A DNA stretch of 64,000 nucleotides, from the NCBI GenBank assembly GCA_964496765.1, contig CAZCAP010000002.1, forward strand, positions 33,694 to 97,693, in the 5' to 3' direction. The notes beneath the pieces are model-generated. The model did not search any database. It was not told the origin of the DNA and was given only the letters and a program-made list of their open reading frames with translations. Source of the DNA: an uncultured archaeon (lineage in GTDB: Archaea; Iainarchaeota; Iainarchaeia; Iainarchaeales; CSSED10-239). Positions within the stretch are counted from its first letter, which is position 1. Each line of letters starts with the position of its first letter. Shown one piece after another: positions 30,734-39,504 of this stretch. A program made the translations under genes and the position numbers.

Positions 30734-31236
30734 ATGAAATATTAAATTATTCAAAAGATATGATAGTTGATAAACTAAGTAAGGAAGAAATAAATTTTGA
30801 AAAGCTAAAGACAATATCAGAACATACATCAGTATACAATGAAAAAAAAATTAATGGAATGATTAAAAATGAAGAAATAACAGAAAGTATAATAAAAAAC
30901 ACATTATTAGAAAATAATAAAACAAATACAAATATTAGATCAATAACTGTTGAAAAATTACAAAATGAAATAAATACTGTTTGGGACATATTAAAAATTA
31001 AAGAAAACACGCAAGCAGAACATATAATTAAATCAACACCAGCTGATAAATGGGTTACAATGGATGAAATTAGAAACAATATCAAAATACAGTTTAATGT
31101 AGAGTATATTAATGAGAAAAGCTTATACCCTTACCTAAAAACACTAGTGGATATCAACCTAATAAAGGTGAATAATATAGGTAAAAAGAGAACTTGGAAA
31201 AAAAATATAATAGTTATTGAAAATAAAAGAAAGTAA
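30616..31236 (+). CDS. Hypothetical protein with C-terminal winged-helix-like region. It is a candidate DNA-binding or Rep-like protein of the accessory segment.
   Basis: 206 aa, N/K-rich. The C-terminus WVTMDEIRNNIKIQFNVEYINEKSLYPYLKTLVDINLIKV is HTH-like. The GTAATTAC array is immediately upstream and overlaps the 5' end. Confidence 0.4.
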   Translation: MNLKDIFKGFTNIFKSRNKPDNTNINNKKDGNYHNERNYDEILNYSKDMIVDKLSKEEINFEKLKTISEHTSVYNEKKINGMIKNEEITESIIKNTLLENNKTNTNIRSITVEKLQNEINTVWDILKIKENTQAEHIIKSTPADKWVTMDEIRNNIKIQFNVEYINEKSLYPYLKTLVDINLIKVNNIGKKRTWKKNIIVIENKRK

Positions 31237-31237
31237 T

Positions 31238-31852
31238 CTAAATATTATATTTCACTTTTAATTTATTATAGATTTCATAAAATTTTTGCAAATTATTCGA
31301 ATGTTTATAGCTTTCACTAAACCAGTTTGTATCTATTATTTTTTTCATAACATTTATCATAAGATTAATATAGTTTAGATTTAAATTATCTTTAGATAAA
31401 ATTAAATTAACCTCATCAAAAAGCTTAGTAGAGATATTTTCGTTATTGATTATTTTACAATCATTTATGTGAATTTCAATTGCTTTTATTATACTTTCTT
31501 CATCCACATCAATAAAATCTTTTTTATATTCAACACTCCAATTACCTTTGTTTTTCCAATTATGTGTTGGATTTTTACCAGTTTCAAAATATTCTATTAA
31601 TTCATTTTCACACCCAATAGGTAAAATTAATGAATTTTTACCTGATTTTATATAGGGTAGACTAGATATTACCCCATTTCTAAAATAATTATATATTTTG
31701 TTGTTTTTTTTAGTTACATTTTGGGTATATCCATATATAGATCTAAATACCTTTTGATATAAATATGATGAGTGGGCAGTATTTTCTATAAAAGAAAATT
31801 TATATTTAATTAGCACTGATCTAATTTTTGTCATATAAGAGACACCCCACAC
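31238..31852 (-). CDS. Hypothetical protein
   Basis: 204 aa ORF. The true start is possibly MTKIRSV. No recognised motifs. Confidence 0.4.
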   Translation of the reverse strand: MWGVSYMTKIRSVLIKYKFSFIENTAHSSYLYQKVFRSIYGYTQNVTKKNNKIYNYFRNGVISSLPYIKSGKNSLILPIGCENELIEYFETGKNPTHNWKNKGNWSVEYKKDFIDVDEESIIKAIEIHINDCKIINNENISTKLFDEVNLILSKDNLNLNYINLMINVMKKIIDTNWFSESYKHSNNLQKFYEIYNKLKVKYNI

Positions 31853-31940
31853 TTCCTGTATTGTGTATAATTAATAAATAAATAGTTGTTATGTATATAA
31901 TAATATATATATATAAAAGATAAAAAAAGAAGATAAAATC

Positions 31941-32315
31941 TTATCTTCTATGTGTTGATGCTGTTGAATATTTACTTCTATATCCTATATATTTTTTTCT
32001 AATATGTGCATCTTTTGAATTTTCTTGCTCTTCTTCTACTTCAGAAGCTGCAATTTTAGGTTTGTGTGTTGTTGGAACATTACCTGCATTAATTAAGATA
32101 ATATCATCAACAGAGATTACTTTATTATAAGGTATACTATGATCTGTTATTATCTTTTTAGCTTCAACCTTTGAATTAACCTTTAATGGTTGTGTTGTTA
32201 TTGTTTCAATAACACCTTGCTCTAAGTTAACTATGAGGTCATGTACCTTTCCCCTATATGTTGCATCTGTTTGATATAAATCCATACCAAATAGTTTTGA
32301 AATTCTTGTAGTCAT
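31941..32315 (-). CDS. PRC-barrel-like domain protein
   Basis: 124 aa. MTTRISKLFGMDLYQTDATYRGKVHDLIVNLEQGVIETITTQ parallels the PRC-barrel protein at 11844..12107. Confidence 0.45.
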   Translation of the reverse strand: MTTRISKLFGMDLYQTDATYRGKVHDLIVNLEQGVIETITTQPLKVNSKVEAKKIITDHSIPYNKVISVDDIILINAGNVPTTHKPKIAASEVEEEQENSKDAHIRKKYIGYRSKYSTASTHRR

Positions 32316-32519
32316 TTTTATTCCTCCAATTTAATATTATTAATTTGTATATTTGATGTAGTATGAAATATTTTTAAACATATTTATTTTATTTATTGGT
32401 ATTTTTTGTGATTTTTGTTTGATTATCAAAAAAATAGTGTTTTTTGTGTTGTTTTCTGCTTTTTCTGTGGCTTTTTGTATTAAAATGAATTAAAAATATT
32501 AGAGGAATCGTGGGGTCTA

Positions 32520-32981
32520 TCTTTTACTTATCGTAAAATCCCTACTTATTTGTTTTTTAAGAGTATCAATTTTGTTGGTTATATTAGATATAGTGGATTT
32601 TATAATATCCACTCTTCTCCTATATTCTTCATACATTTTATATTCGTGTGTTCTTGTTGTACTTGTTTTAGAATTTGTGACTTGCTTATTTAATTGTTTT
32701 ATATATTTATCTAGTTTTATACTACTATCCTTTAATTTCTTACTTAATTCTAGCTTATATTGCCCTAATCTTATAATTGTTATGTTTGTTTCCTGTACGT
32801 GTTGCTTTATCCATCTTTTTTTAGACTGTATTTCATTTTTTGTGGTTGTTGCATCTATGTTTTTTTCTTCAAATAATTTTTCTGTTTTTGCTTTTATACT
32901 ATTAACCTTTCTATTAAAATTATTTCCCCCTAATTTAAATCTTATCGCTTTTAATGCTATAAATCCACCTTTTCTTAATAA
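32520..32981 (-). CDS. 153-codon stop-free frame (K-rich, coiled-coil-like) lacking a canonical start. It is in the same frame as the upstream recombinase gene and separated from it only by that gene's TAA stop.
   Basis: Reverse-strand translation reads ...DNI* LLRKGGFIALKAIRFKLGGNNFNRKVNSIKAKTEKLFEEKNIDATTTKNEIQSKKRWIKQHVQ...YKMYEEYRRRVDIIKSTISNITNKIDTLKKQISRDFTISKR*. The only ATG is 37 codons from the end. A 150-codon open frame is improbable by chance in AT-rich DNA. Confidence 0.3.
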
Positions 32982-33842
32982 TTATATATTGTCCAACGGG
33001 TTTTTAATTTCTTTTAATTTATTAGTGTTTACTTTTGTGTATATTTGTGTAGTATTAAGATTAGCATGTCCTAATAATTGTTGTATATATCTTATGTTTA
33101 CATCATTTTCTAAAAGCGCGGTTGCAAACGAGTGCCTTAGCTTGTGTGGACTAACCGCTTTATTAATTCCTGCTTTTTTTGCAGATATTTTTAAAAATTT
33201 TTGAACCGTATCTGGAGATAATGTGGATCCCTCTTGATTACAAAATAAGTATTCTGATTTTTGTTTTTTCTCTCTTTCTTCTAAATATTTTTTATAATCA
33301 ACAACCCAATTTTTAGATAGTATTATTATTCTATCTTTATTTCCTTTACCAGAAACCACTTTTCCTGTATGCTCATTAAAATCAAGATCACTTATTTTCA
33401 TATTTATACATTCTGATATTCTAACTCCTGTTGAAAACATAAATTCTATAATTAGTTTATTTCTTTGGCTGCTTGTTGCATTAATTAGATCTTTGATTTC
33501 CTTTGGGGTTAGGGTAATTGGTATTTTATTTGATTTTTTAGGGAGCTTTATATTTAGCTCAAGTGGAGTCCTTAGAAATTCAGAATAAAAATGTTTAAGT
33601 GCAGATAATATTAGGTTAAGGGTAGCAGAACTAACTCCTTTTTTTGATTTAAGTTGTGATAAAAAATTAACAACATCATCTGATTTAACCTCTCTTAGAT
33701 CTTTTTCAATGTATTTTTGAAATATTCCTAGATACATAGAATACGTTTTTATTGTTTGCTCACTAAATCCCTCTATGTTTAATTCATTTTTGAATTTCGT
33801 TATTAATTCTTCGTTTTTAGTATTTACTTCCATAAATTTCAA
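32982..33842 (-). CDS. xerA: Tyrosine site-specific recombinase, XerA/XerC-D family
   Basis: The N-terminal core-binding domain reads FSEQTIKTYSMYLGIFQKY. The catalytic region contains HKLRHSFATALLENDVNIRYIQQLLGHANLNTTQIYTKV, the R..H..R...Y tyrosine recombinase motif. The likely real start is the ATG at 33833, since the ORF track start is TTG at 33842. Confidence 0.8.
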   Translation of the reverse strand: MKFMEVNTKNEELITKFKNELNIEGFSEQTIKTYSMYLGIFQKYIEKDLREVKSDDVVNFLSQLKSKKGVSSATLNLILSALKHFYSEFLRTPLELNIKLPKKSNKIPITLTPKEIKDLINATSSQRNKLIIEFMFSTGVRISECINMKISDLDFNEHTGKVVSGKGNKDRIIILSKNWVVDYKKYLEEREKKQKSEYLFCNQEGSTLSPDTVQKFLKISAKKAGINKAVSPHKLRHSFATALLENDVNIRYIQQLLGHANLNTTQIYTKVNTNKLKEIKNPLDNI

Positions 33843-33847
33843 CTCTT

Positions 33848-34756
33848 TTATTTTTTGTTGTCCAACAAATATAACAACTTATTGCTTGCTATGTATTTTG
33901 GGTTGATTTTTCTGTTTTTTCCAATAAACCCGGTATACTTTTTTGGAATTTTAATATTTTTTGTTTTTAATTTTTCAATGTTGTTAACAATCGTTTTATT
34001 ATTTGACTTTTTTATTCTTTCAAGTATATAGTCATCTGTTTTATTAAAATCATCTTCCTCAATTAATTTTAATTTTATTGCTTTTTTAAGTACTTTAACG
34101 AACATCATATAGTTTATCATGTGTTTTATTCCACCCCAATGATTCTCTGCAAAATACTTATAAACACCATAAAATTCTTTAGCACTCTTTTTATTTTTGA
34201 AAACAATTTCCCCATCAACAACTGTCAGGTTCTTATATAATGTTGTAACCTTTTTTTTATCTTTTTTAAAAAATAAGAGTTCTCTTAGTGTGTAATCAAT
34301 CCTATCAGCACAAAGGTCTGGTAGATTGTTTTCCAATAAAGTAAATCCCTTAAAGTCTGTTATATCTTTTATTTTATATTTATATTTCTTTAATATCTTC
34401 ATAATCTCTTTATTTTTTTTAATGTATTTTTCAAAAACATCATCCCCATGGGATTCATTATTATTGTTAATGTAATAATCATAAACATGTGAAAAAGCTG
34501 TGTGAGATATATCATGTAATAATCCAGCAATTTGTTCCTTTATTGGAGCGCCTAACCTATCCAATAACACCATCACCCCTATACTATGATCATATCTCAT
34601 GAATTCTACTCCATAATGCCATTCCTTAGGTAATCCTTGTTGTCTTATACCCTTAAGTCTCTGAACAGCTGGCGTTTTAATTAAATCAATAAGTACTTTT
34701 TCTTTAATCTTATGTTTTCCGTATACTGCATCTATTATTTCCATATAATCAACCAA
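33848..34756 (-). CDS. HD-domain metal-dependent phosphohydrolase
   Basis: 302 aa. The HD motif LLHDISHTAFSH follows the earlier His (YDHSIGV). The last codons (LLYLLDNKK*) are encoded by the 20-mer repeat. Confidence 0.7.
   Translation of the reverse strand: MVDYMEIIDAVYGKHKIKEKVLIDLIKTPAVQRLKGIRQQGLPKEWHYGVEFMRYDHSIGVMVLLDRLGAPIKEQIAGLLHDISHTAFSHVYDYYINNNNESHGDDVFEKYIKKNKEIMKILKKYKYKIKDITDFKGFTLLENNLPDLCADRIDYTLRELLFFKKDKKKVTTLYKNLTVVDGEIVFKNKKSAKEFYGVYKYFAENHWGGIKHMINYMMFVKVLKKAIKLKLIEEDDFNKTDDYILERIKKSNNKTIVNNIEKLKTKNIKIPKKYTGFIGKNRKINPKYIASNKLLYLLDNKK
33859..33877 (-). repeat. Copy B of the dispersed 20-mer (TTGTTATATTTGTTGGACA on the minus strand). It encodes the last codons of the HD gene and lies about 32 nt upstream of the recombinase ATG.
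   Basis: Direct sequence match. It is in inverted orientation relative to copy A at 30191..30210. Confidence 0.6.
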
Positions 34757-34936
34757 ATTATTAAACCAATAATATTATGCCGAATTAATAATATAAACCT
34801 AACGCTTGTATATTTCTTAGTTTACTGGTCCATTTTCAGGTATTTAATACAAAAATAAAACCAAGGGGAGAAGGTATAAAAAGGCAACCACCTATTAATC
34901 TATAACCTTTTAATTTTTTGATTTTTTTGATTAGTT

Positions 34937-35440
34937 ATGTTTACAATATACACTGGTAACGGAAAAGGTAAAACTACAGCTAGTTTGGGGTTATTAATTA
35001 GAGCTAAGGGGGCTGGATTTAACTGTTATTTAGTTAAATTCCTAAAAAAGCAAGAAAATAGTGAAAACAGTATACTATCTAAACTTGGAATCCCATACAA
35101 AATGTTTGGATCAAACAAATTTATTATTGATAAACCAACAAAAATAGATAAAGAAGAGGCCTCAAAAGCAATTATGTACGTGCAAAAACTAATAGATACA
35201 AAAAAAATTGATTTATTAGTTCTTGATGAAATTAATCTTCTTATTTATTATAAGTTGTTTTCAATTAGGAAAATAAAGCAAATAATTAGTGTATGTGAAG
35301 AAAAAGAAATAGAATTAGTTTTCACTGGGAGATATGCAAGCAAAGACATTATTGAGATTGCAGATCTTGTCTCTGAAATAAAAGAAATAAAACATTATTA
35401 CAATACAGGAATTAAAGCTAGAAAAGGAATTGAATATTAA
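34937..35440 (+). CDS. Cob(I)alamin/corrinoid ATP:adenosyltransferase (CobO/BtuR/CobA family)
   Basis: 167 aa. MFTIYTGNGKGKTTASLGLLIRAKGAGFNCYLVKFLK matches the CobO N-terminal P-loop signature (YTGDGKGKTTAALGL..RA.G.G..V.V.QF.KG). Confidence 0.65.
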   Translation: MFTIYTGNGKGKTTASLGLLIRAKGAGFNCYLVKFLKKQENSENSILSKLGIPYKMFGSNKFIIDKPTKIDKEEASKAIMYVQKLIDTKKIDLLVLDEINLLIYYKLFSIRKIKQIISVCEEKEIELVFTGRYASKDIIEIADLVSEIKEIKHYYNTGIKARKGIEY

Positions 35441-35464
35441 TAAAATACATAAAAGGTAATTATC

Positions 35465-38056
35465 ATGCTCACACAAATAAAAAAAATAACTAAGGTTAAG
35501 AAAAGAACTGGAGAGACAGTAGATTTTAATAAAGATAAAATTAAACTCGCAATCTCGAAAGCAATGCTCGCAACAGACTCACACAACGAGCTTGTTCTTG
35601 AGTCTATTGTTGATAAAATTGTGTTAGTTCTTGAATCTAAGTTTATAAATAAGATACCTTCTGTTGAGGATGTGCAGGATATTATCGAATATGTTTTAAT
35701 TGCAAGCGAGCTTTCAACGGTTGCAAAAGCTTATATTTTATATCGTGAAGAAAGAAGAAAAGCAAGAGATAGTCAAGAAAAAATAATTGATTGTGATTTT
35801 GTTAAAGCTCTGAAAGAAAAGGGTGTGGATTTAAGTAAGCAGGCAGTAAATGTTTTAAATAACTCCACTCAATTCGTTGATCTAGGATTAATTATATTTT
35901 TAGATAGGTATTCCCTTAAAACAAAAAGAGAAGATATTAAAGAAGGGGATTTAATTATTTGTATAACCAAGGATGATTTCAAATATCCAAAGAAAGATAT
36001 TGGTATTGTAAAAAGAATAGTTGATCATAATCTAATTTTACACATGATTACTGGATTGTATGCTGATGAAGCAAATAATTTTGAATTTACCCTAGAATTA
36101 AGTAAATGTGAAAAGCCATCAGAAGCAGTAAATGACACTTATAAAAGAGTTGCAAAAGCGGTCGCTTCTGTTGAAAAAGATGAAACTAACAAAACAAAGT
36201 GGTTTGAGGAATTCTATACCCACCTAAAGTATGGATATATATCTCCTGGTGGGAGAATACTAACAGGTGCAAGTGTTGATGAACTTGGATATACATCTAA
36301 TCTAACTTTATACAACTGCTTTGTAATTCCATCCCCTAAAGATTCCAGAAAATCAATCATCCAGGAATCAGCATATCACATGGTTGAAATATTTTCAAGG
36401 GGTGGTGGTGTTGGGATGTCCCTATCAACATTAAGACCAGCCTATGCTTACGTAATGGGTGTGCATGGAAGATCATCTGGTTCTGTTTCATGGGGTGGTT
36501 TATTTTCATTTATTACTTCTTTAATTGAACAAGGAGGTTCAAGAAGAGGGGCTCTAATGTTAATGCTTGATGATTGGCATCCTGATATTTATAATTTTAT
36601 TGATTCTAAAACAAAAACAGGAATTTTAGAGCATGCAAATATATCTGTTAAGGTTTCTGATTCATTTATGGAGGCTGTTAAAAATAATGAAAATTGGAAT
36701 TTAGAGTTTCCAGATTATGAGAACCCAACCTATAAAGATATATACAATGAAGAATGGGACGGGGATTTAAAAGCCTGGAAAGAGAAAGGCTATCCTGTAA
36801 AGGTTTATGGAACTGTTAAAGCAAAAGACATGTGGTTAAAAATAATAACTTCTGCTTGGAAAAGTGCAGAACCAGGAATTGTTTTCATGGAAAGATACAA
36901 TAAATTAAGTAACAGTTATTATTATAATAAAATTGTTGCAACAAATCCCTGTGGAGAACAGGGACTTCCACCATGGGGGGTGTGTAACCTTGGGCACCTA
37001 TATCTTGCATCTTTTACAGATAAAATTGGTGTTGATGAAATTGGTCCAGTTCATGAACTTAATTGGGATAAACTTAAAAAATCCGCAAGAGTATTAACTA
37101 GATTTTTAGATGATGTAATTGACTTAACACCTTATTTCTTTGAAGAAAATGAAAGATTGCAAAAAGCAGAAAGAAGAATTGGTGGTGGGACTTTAGGACT
37201 TGCTGAATTATTGATTAAACTGAGAGTGAAATATGGAACACCAGAGAGTTTAAAGCTAATTGAAAAAATATATGAAACAATAACAAGCGAGATGTATTTA
37301 ACTTCTGCTTTGTTAGCAGAAGAAAAGGGTTTCTTTCCAAAATTTGATAAAGAAAAATATTTAAATGGAAGATTTGTTAGAGAACTCCCAAAAGAAGTTT
37401 TAGACAAGATTAGAGAAAAAGGTATGAGGAACGTAAGTTTAACAACCCAGGCGCCAACAGGCTCAACAGGGACAATGCTCGGAACATCAACAGGAATTGA
37501 ACCCTACTTTGCATTTCAATTTTATAGGCAATCCAGACTTGGATTCCATAAAGTGAATACTCCTTTAGCTCAGGATTATGAAAAAAATGGAGTTCTTCCT
37601 GATTTCTTTGTATCTGCAATGGATTTAAGTCCAGATGATCACATAAAAGTCCAAGCAGCAATACAGAAATGGACAGATTCATCAATAAGCAAAACCGCAA
37701 ATGTTCCTGCTGATTTCACTATTGAACAAACTGGAGAATTATATATTAAAGCCTATGAACTTGGATGTAAGGGTGTAACCATTTATAGAGACTCATCTAG
37801 AGATGAACAAGTTCTTTCAATGGATGAAAATCAAGGAAAAAAGAATGAAGAATCAACAATAAAAAAAAGAGATGAAAAAAATAAAAAAAATAATCTAAGA
37901 GAAAAAGAACAAGCTCCAAATGAAAATGTAACCTATGGAGTAGATTCTGGAAATACCTGTCCAAATTGTAGGAAAGGTATAATGATTAAACTTGGTGGAT
38001 GCACAGAGTGTTCGCAAGGGTGTGGGTTTAAGGGTGCCTGTGATCTTAAAACATAA
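35465..38056 (+). CDS. nrdJ: Ribonucleoside reductase, adenosylcobalamin-dependent class II (NrdJ-like), with N-terminal ATP-cone and C-terminal Zn ribbon
   Basis: 863 aa. The ATP-cone is KRTGETVDFNKDKIKLAISKAM. The catalytic core contains NPCGEQGLPPWGVCNLGHL (active-site Cys). The C-terminal CPNCRKG...CTECSQGC is present. No intein. Confidence 0.8.
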   Translation: MLTQIKKITKVKKRTGETVDFNKDKIKLAISKAMLATDSHNELVLESIVDKIVLVLESKFINKIPSVEDVQDIIEYVLIASELSTVAKAYILYREERRKARDSQEKIIDCDFVKALKEKGVDLSKQAVNVLNNSTQFVDLGLIIFLDRYSLKTKREDIKEGDLIICITKDDFKYPKKDIGIVKRIVDHNLILHMITGLYADEANNFEFTLELSKCEKPSEAVNDTYKRVAKAVASVEKDETNKTKWFEEFYTHLKYGYISPGGRILTGASVDELGYTSNLTLYNCFVIPSPKDSRKSIIQESAYHMVEIFSRGGGVGMSLSTLRPAYAYVMGVHGRSSGSVSWGGLFSFITSLIEQGGSRRGALMLMLDDWHPDIYNFIDSKTKTGILEHANISVKVSDSFMEAVKNNENWNLEFPDYENPTYKDIYNEEWDGDLKAWKEKGYPVKVYGTVKAKDMWLKIITSAWKSAEPGIVFMERYNKLSNSYYYNKIVATNPCGEQGLPPWGVCNLGHLYLASFTDKIGVDEIGPVHELNWDKLKKSARVLTRFLDDVIDLTPYFFEENERLQKAERRIGGGTLGLAELLIKLRVKYGTPESLKLIEKIYETITSEMYLTSALLAEEKGFFPKFDKEKYLNGRFVRELPKEVLDKIREKGMRNVSLTTQAPTGSTGTMLGTSTGIEPYFAFQFYRQSRLGFHKVNTPLAQDYEKNGVLPDFFVSAMDLSPDDHIKVQAAIQKWTDSSISKTANVPADFTIEQTGELYIKAYELGCKGVTIYRDSSRDEQVLSMDENQGKKNEESTIKKRDEKNKKNNLREKEQAPNENVTYGVDSGNTCPNCRKGIMIKLGGCTECSQGCGFKGACDLKT

Positions 38057-38077
38057 TAAAATGTAATTTGATAAAAT

Positions 38078-38515
38078 ATGATTAAAGTAAAAAGATTAAC
38101 AGAAAGTGCAAGACTTCCAGAAAAAGCACATGAAACAGATGCTGGGTTTGATTTATTTTCAGATGTTGACCTAGTTATTCCTCCAAAATCTAGAGGAACA
38201 GTATCTACGGGAATCACAATGGTACTTCCAGAGATACCCTATCCAATTTTTAATACTTATTTGAGAATTGCTCCTAGAAGTGGATTATCCGCAAAGAAAG
38301 GAATAGATGTTTTTGCAGGAGTAATTGATTTAGAATATAGAGGAGAACTATTAGTTTGCCTTTTCAATTCCAGTGATGAAGTGTTTGAAATAAAGAAGGG
38401 AGATAAAATTGCTCAAATAATCCCAACAATTATTTTAAATGATAAAATTCAAGAAGTAGAAGAGATAGATGACACAGAGAGGGGAGCAAAAGGTTTTGGC
38501 TCTTCTGGTCAATAA
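38078..38515 (+). CDS. dut: dUTP diphosphatase (trimeric dUTPase)
   Basis: 145 aa with canonical dUTPase motifs AGFDLF, RSGLS, GVIDLEYRGEL and RGAKGFGSSG. Confidence 0.85.
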   Translation: MIKVKRLTESARLPEKAHETDAGFDLFSDVDLVIPPKSRGTVSTGITMVLPEIPYPIFNTYLRIAPRSGLSAKKGIDVFAGVIDLEYRGELLVCLFNSSDEVFEIKKGDKIAQIIPTIILNDKIQEVEEIDDTERGAKGFGSSGQ

Positions 38516-38521
38516 CCTTTC

Positions 38522-38541
38522 TTGTTATATTTCTTGGACAC
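38522..38541 (+). repeat. Copy D of the dispersed 20-mer (TTGTTATATTTCTTGGACAC, one mismatch), 7 nt after the dut stop and 115 nt before the KaiC-like gene
   Basis: Direct sequence match to 30191..30210 at 19 of 20 positions. Confidence 0.6.
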
Positions 38542-38656
38542 TTTCTTTCTATTTTTATTTATTTAGCTTAAATAAACCTCTTTTTAAGTTTAATTTCTCC
38601 TATATTATATACAGATACTAAAATCTAATTATTAATATAAATGAGGTGTATGAATT

Positions 38657-39358
38657 ATGGAAAGAGTTCCAACAGGAGTAAAAGGTTTTGATGAATTAAT
38701 CCAGGGAGGTATTCCAAAAGGTGGTACCGTTCTTGTATCAGGAGGAACTGGTTCAGGTAAAACTATTTTTGCAACAACTTTTATTTATGAGGGTGCAAGA
38801 AAATACGGAGAACCAGGTTTAATAGTTACAGTTGAAGATAATCTAAAAAACTTTGTATGGAATATGGAAAACTTTGGATGGGATATTAAATCTCTAGAAG
38901 AAAAAAATCTAATGAAAATATACAGAATGCACATTGATCCAAGAAAACCAGTGGAACCACAAATAGATAAGGAACTAGATATAATCACATCAATGGTTAA
39001 AGATTTAGGGGCAGTTAGGCTCGCTGTTGATTCAACAACCGCTTTTGGTGCTTGGATGTCAGACATTGGAAAACTAAGAAATCTTTTGTTTAGGTTTTCA
39101 GATACTCTAAAAGATTTAAATTGTACAACTGTTCTCACTGCAGAAACAAACGGTCAGGATTTTTCTGCCTATGGTGTTGAAGAATTCGTTGTTGATGGAA
39201 TTTTTATGATGTATTTTATTCCTCCAAACAGATCAATGTTTGTTAGAAAACTAAGAGGAACAAGACACTCATTAACAGTTCATCCTTGTCAGATAACATC
39301 CACAGGAGTAGAAATAAATCCAAAAGATGAAATCATGTGGAGTGCAATCAAGCAATAG
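38657..39358 (+). CDS. KaiC-like RecA-superfamily ATPase (single KaiC domain)
   Basis: 233 aa. GGIPKGGTVLVSGGTGSGKTIFATTFIYEGARKYGEPGLIVTVED shows the KaiC/RadA-like Walker A and the GEPG..T.E pattern. Confidence 0.65.
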   Translation: MERVPTGVKGFDELIQGGIPKGGTVLVSGGTGSGKTIFATTFIYEGARKYGEPGLIVTVEDNLKNFVWNMENFGWDIKSLEEKNLMKIYRMHIDPRKPVEPQIDKELDIITSMVKDLGAVRLAVDSTTAFGAWMSDIGKLRNLLFRFSDTLKDLNCTTVLTAETNGQDFSAYGVEEFVVDGIFMMYFIPPNRSMFVRKLRGTRHSLTVHPCQITSTGVEINPKDEIMWSAIKQ

Positions 39359-39504
39359 TAAATTTTTTTGATTATCTTTTGCTCAAGAGATATATTTATA
39401 AATGTGTAGTTCATAATTTATTTATTAATATAAAAATTAAAGGTGAAAATAATGATAATTATACAGTTACAGTTAATGCTACTGCAAATTGTTTAGATTT
39501 TAAT

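Larger units (their letters stand above)
30145..33880. mobile_element. Candidate integrated or accessory segment abutting tRNA-iMet. It contains a palindromic iteron-like array, a wHTH protein, orphan ORFs and a tyrosine recombinase, and is bounded by inverted copies of a 20-mer.
   Basis: tRNA-adjacent position. Coding density is low and the genes are orphan-like. A recombinase gene sits at the distal end. The 20-mer TTGTTATATTTGTTGGACAC is at 30191..30210 and its reverse complement is at 33859..33877. Inference only, with no direct-repeat att duplication seen. Confidence 0.3.

Noticed and set aside
32982-32984. Alternative genetic code (TAA read as sense) to explain the in-frame stop between the recombinase and the 153-codon frame
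   Set aside because: Most well-supported genes in the window, for example tuf, mutS, dnaK and nrdJ, terminate at TAA with correct-length products. A global reassignment is therefore not supported.
32572-33204. 210-aa plus-strand ORF rich in Cys/Phe/Leu
   Set aside because: It is antisense to the recombinase gene and to the 153-codon minus-strand frame. The composition is typical of an antisense shadow ORF, with no Shine-Dalgarno or coding periodicity.
35465-38056. Possible intein in the 863-aa ribonucleotide reductase, and likewise in PolD DP2, RFC and Cdc48
   Set aside because: The extra length is accounted for by the ATP-cone and the C-terminal Zn-ribbon tail. No Hint/endonuclease block motifs or Cys/Ser-...-HN splice junctions are visible.
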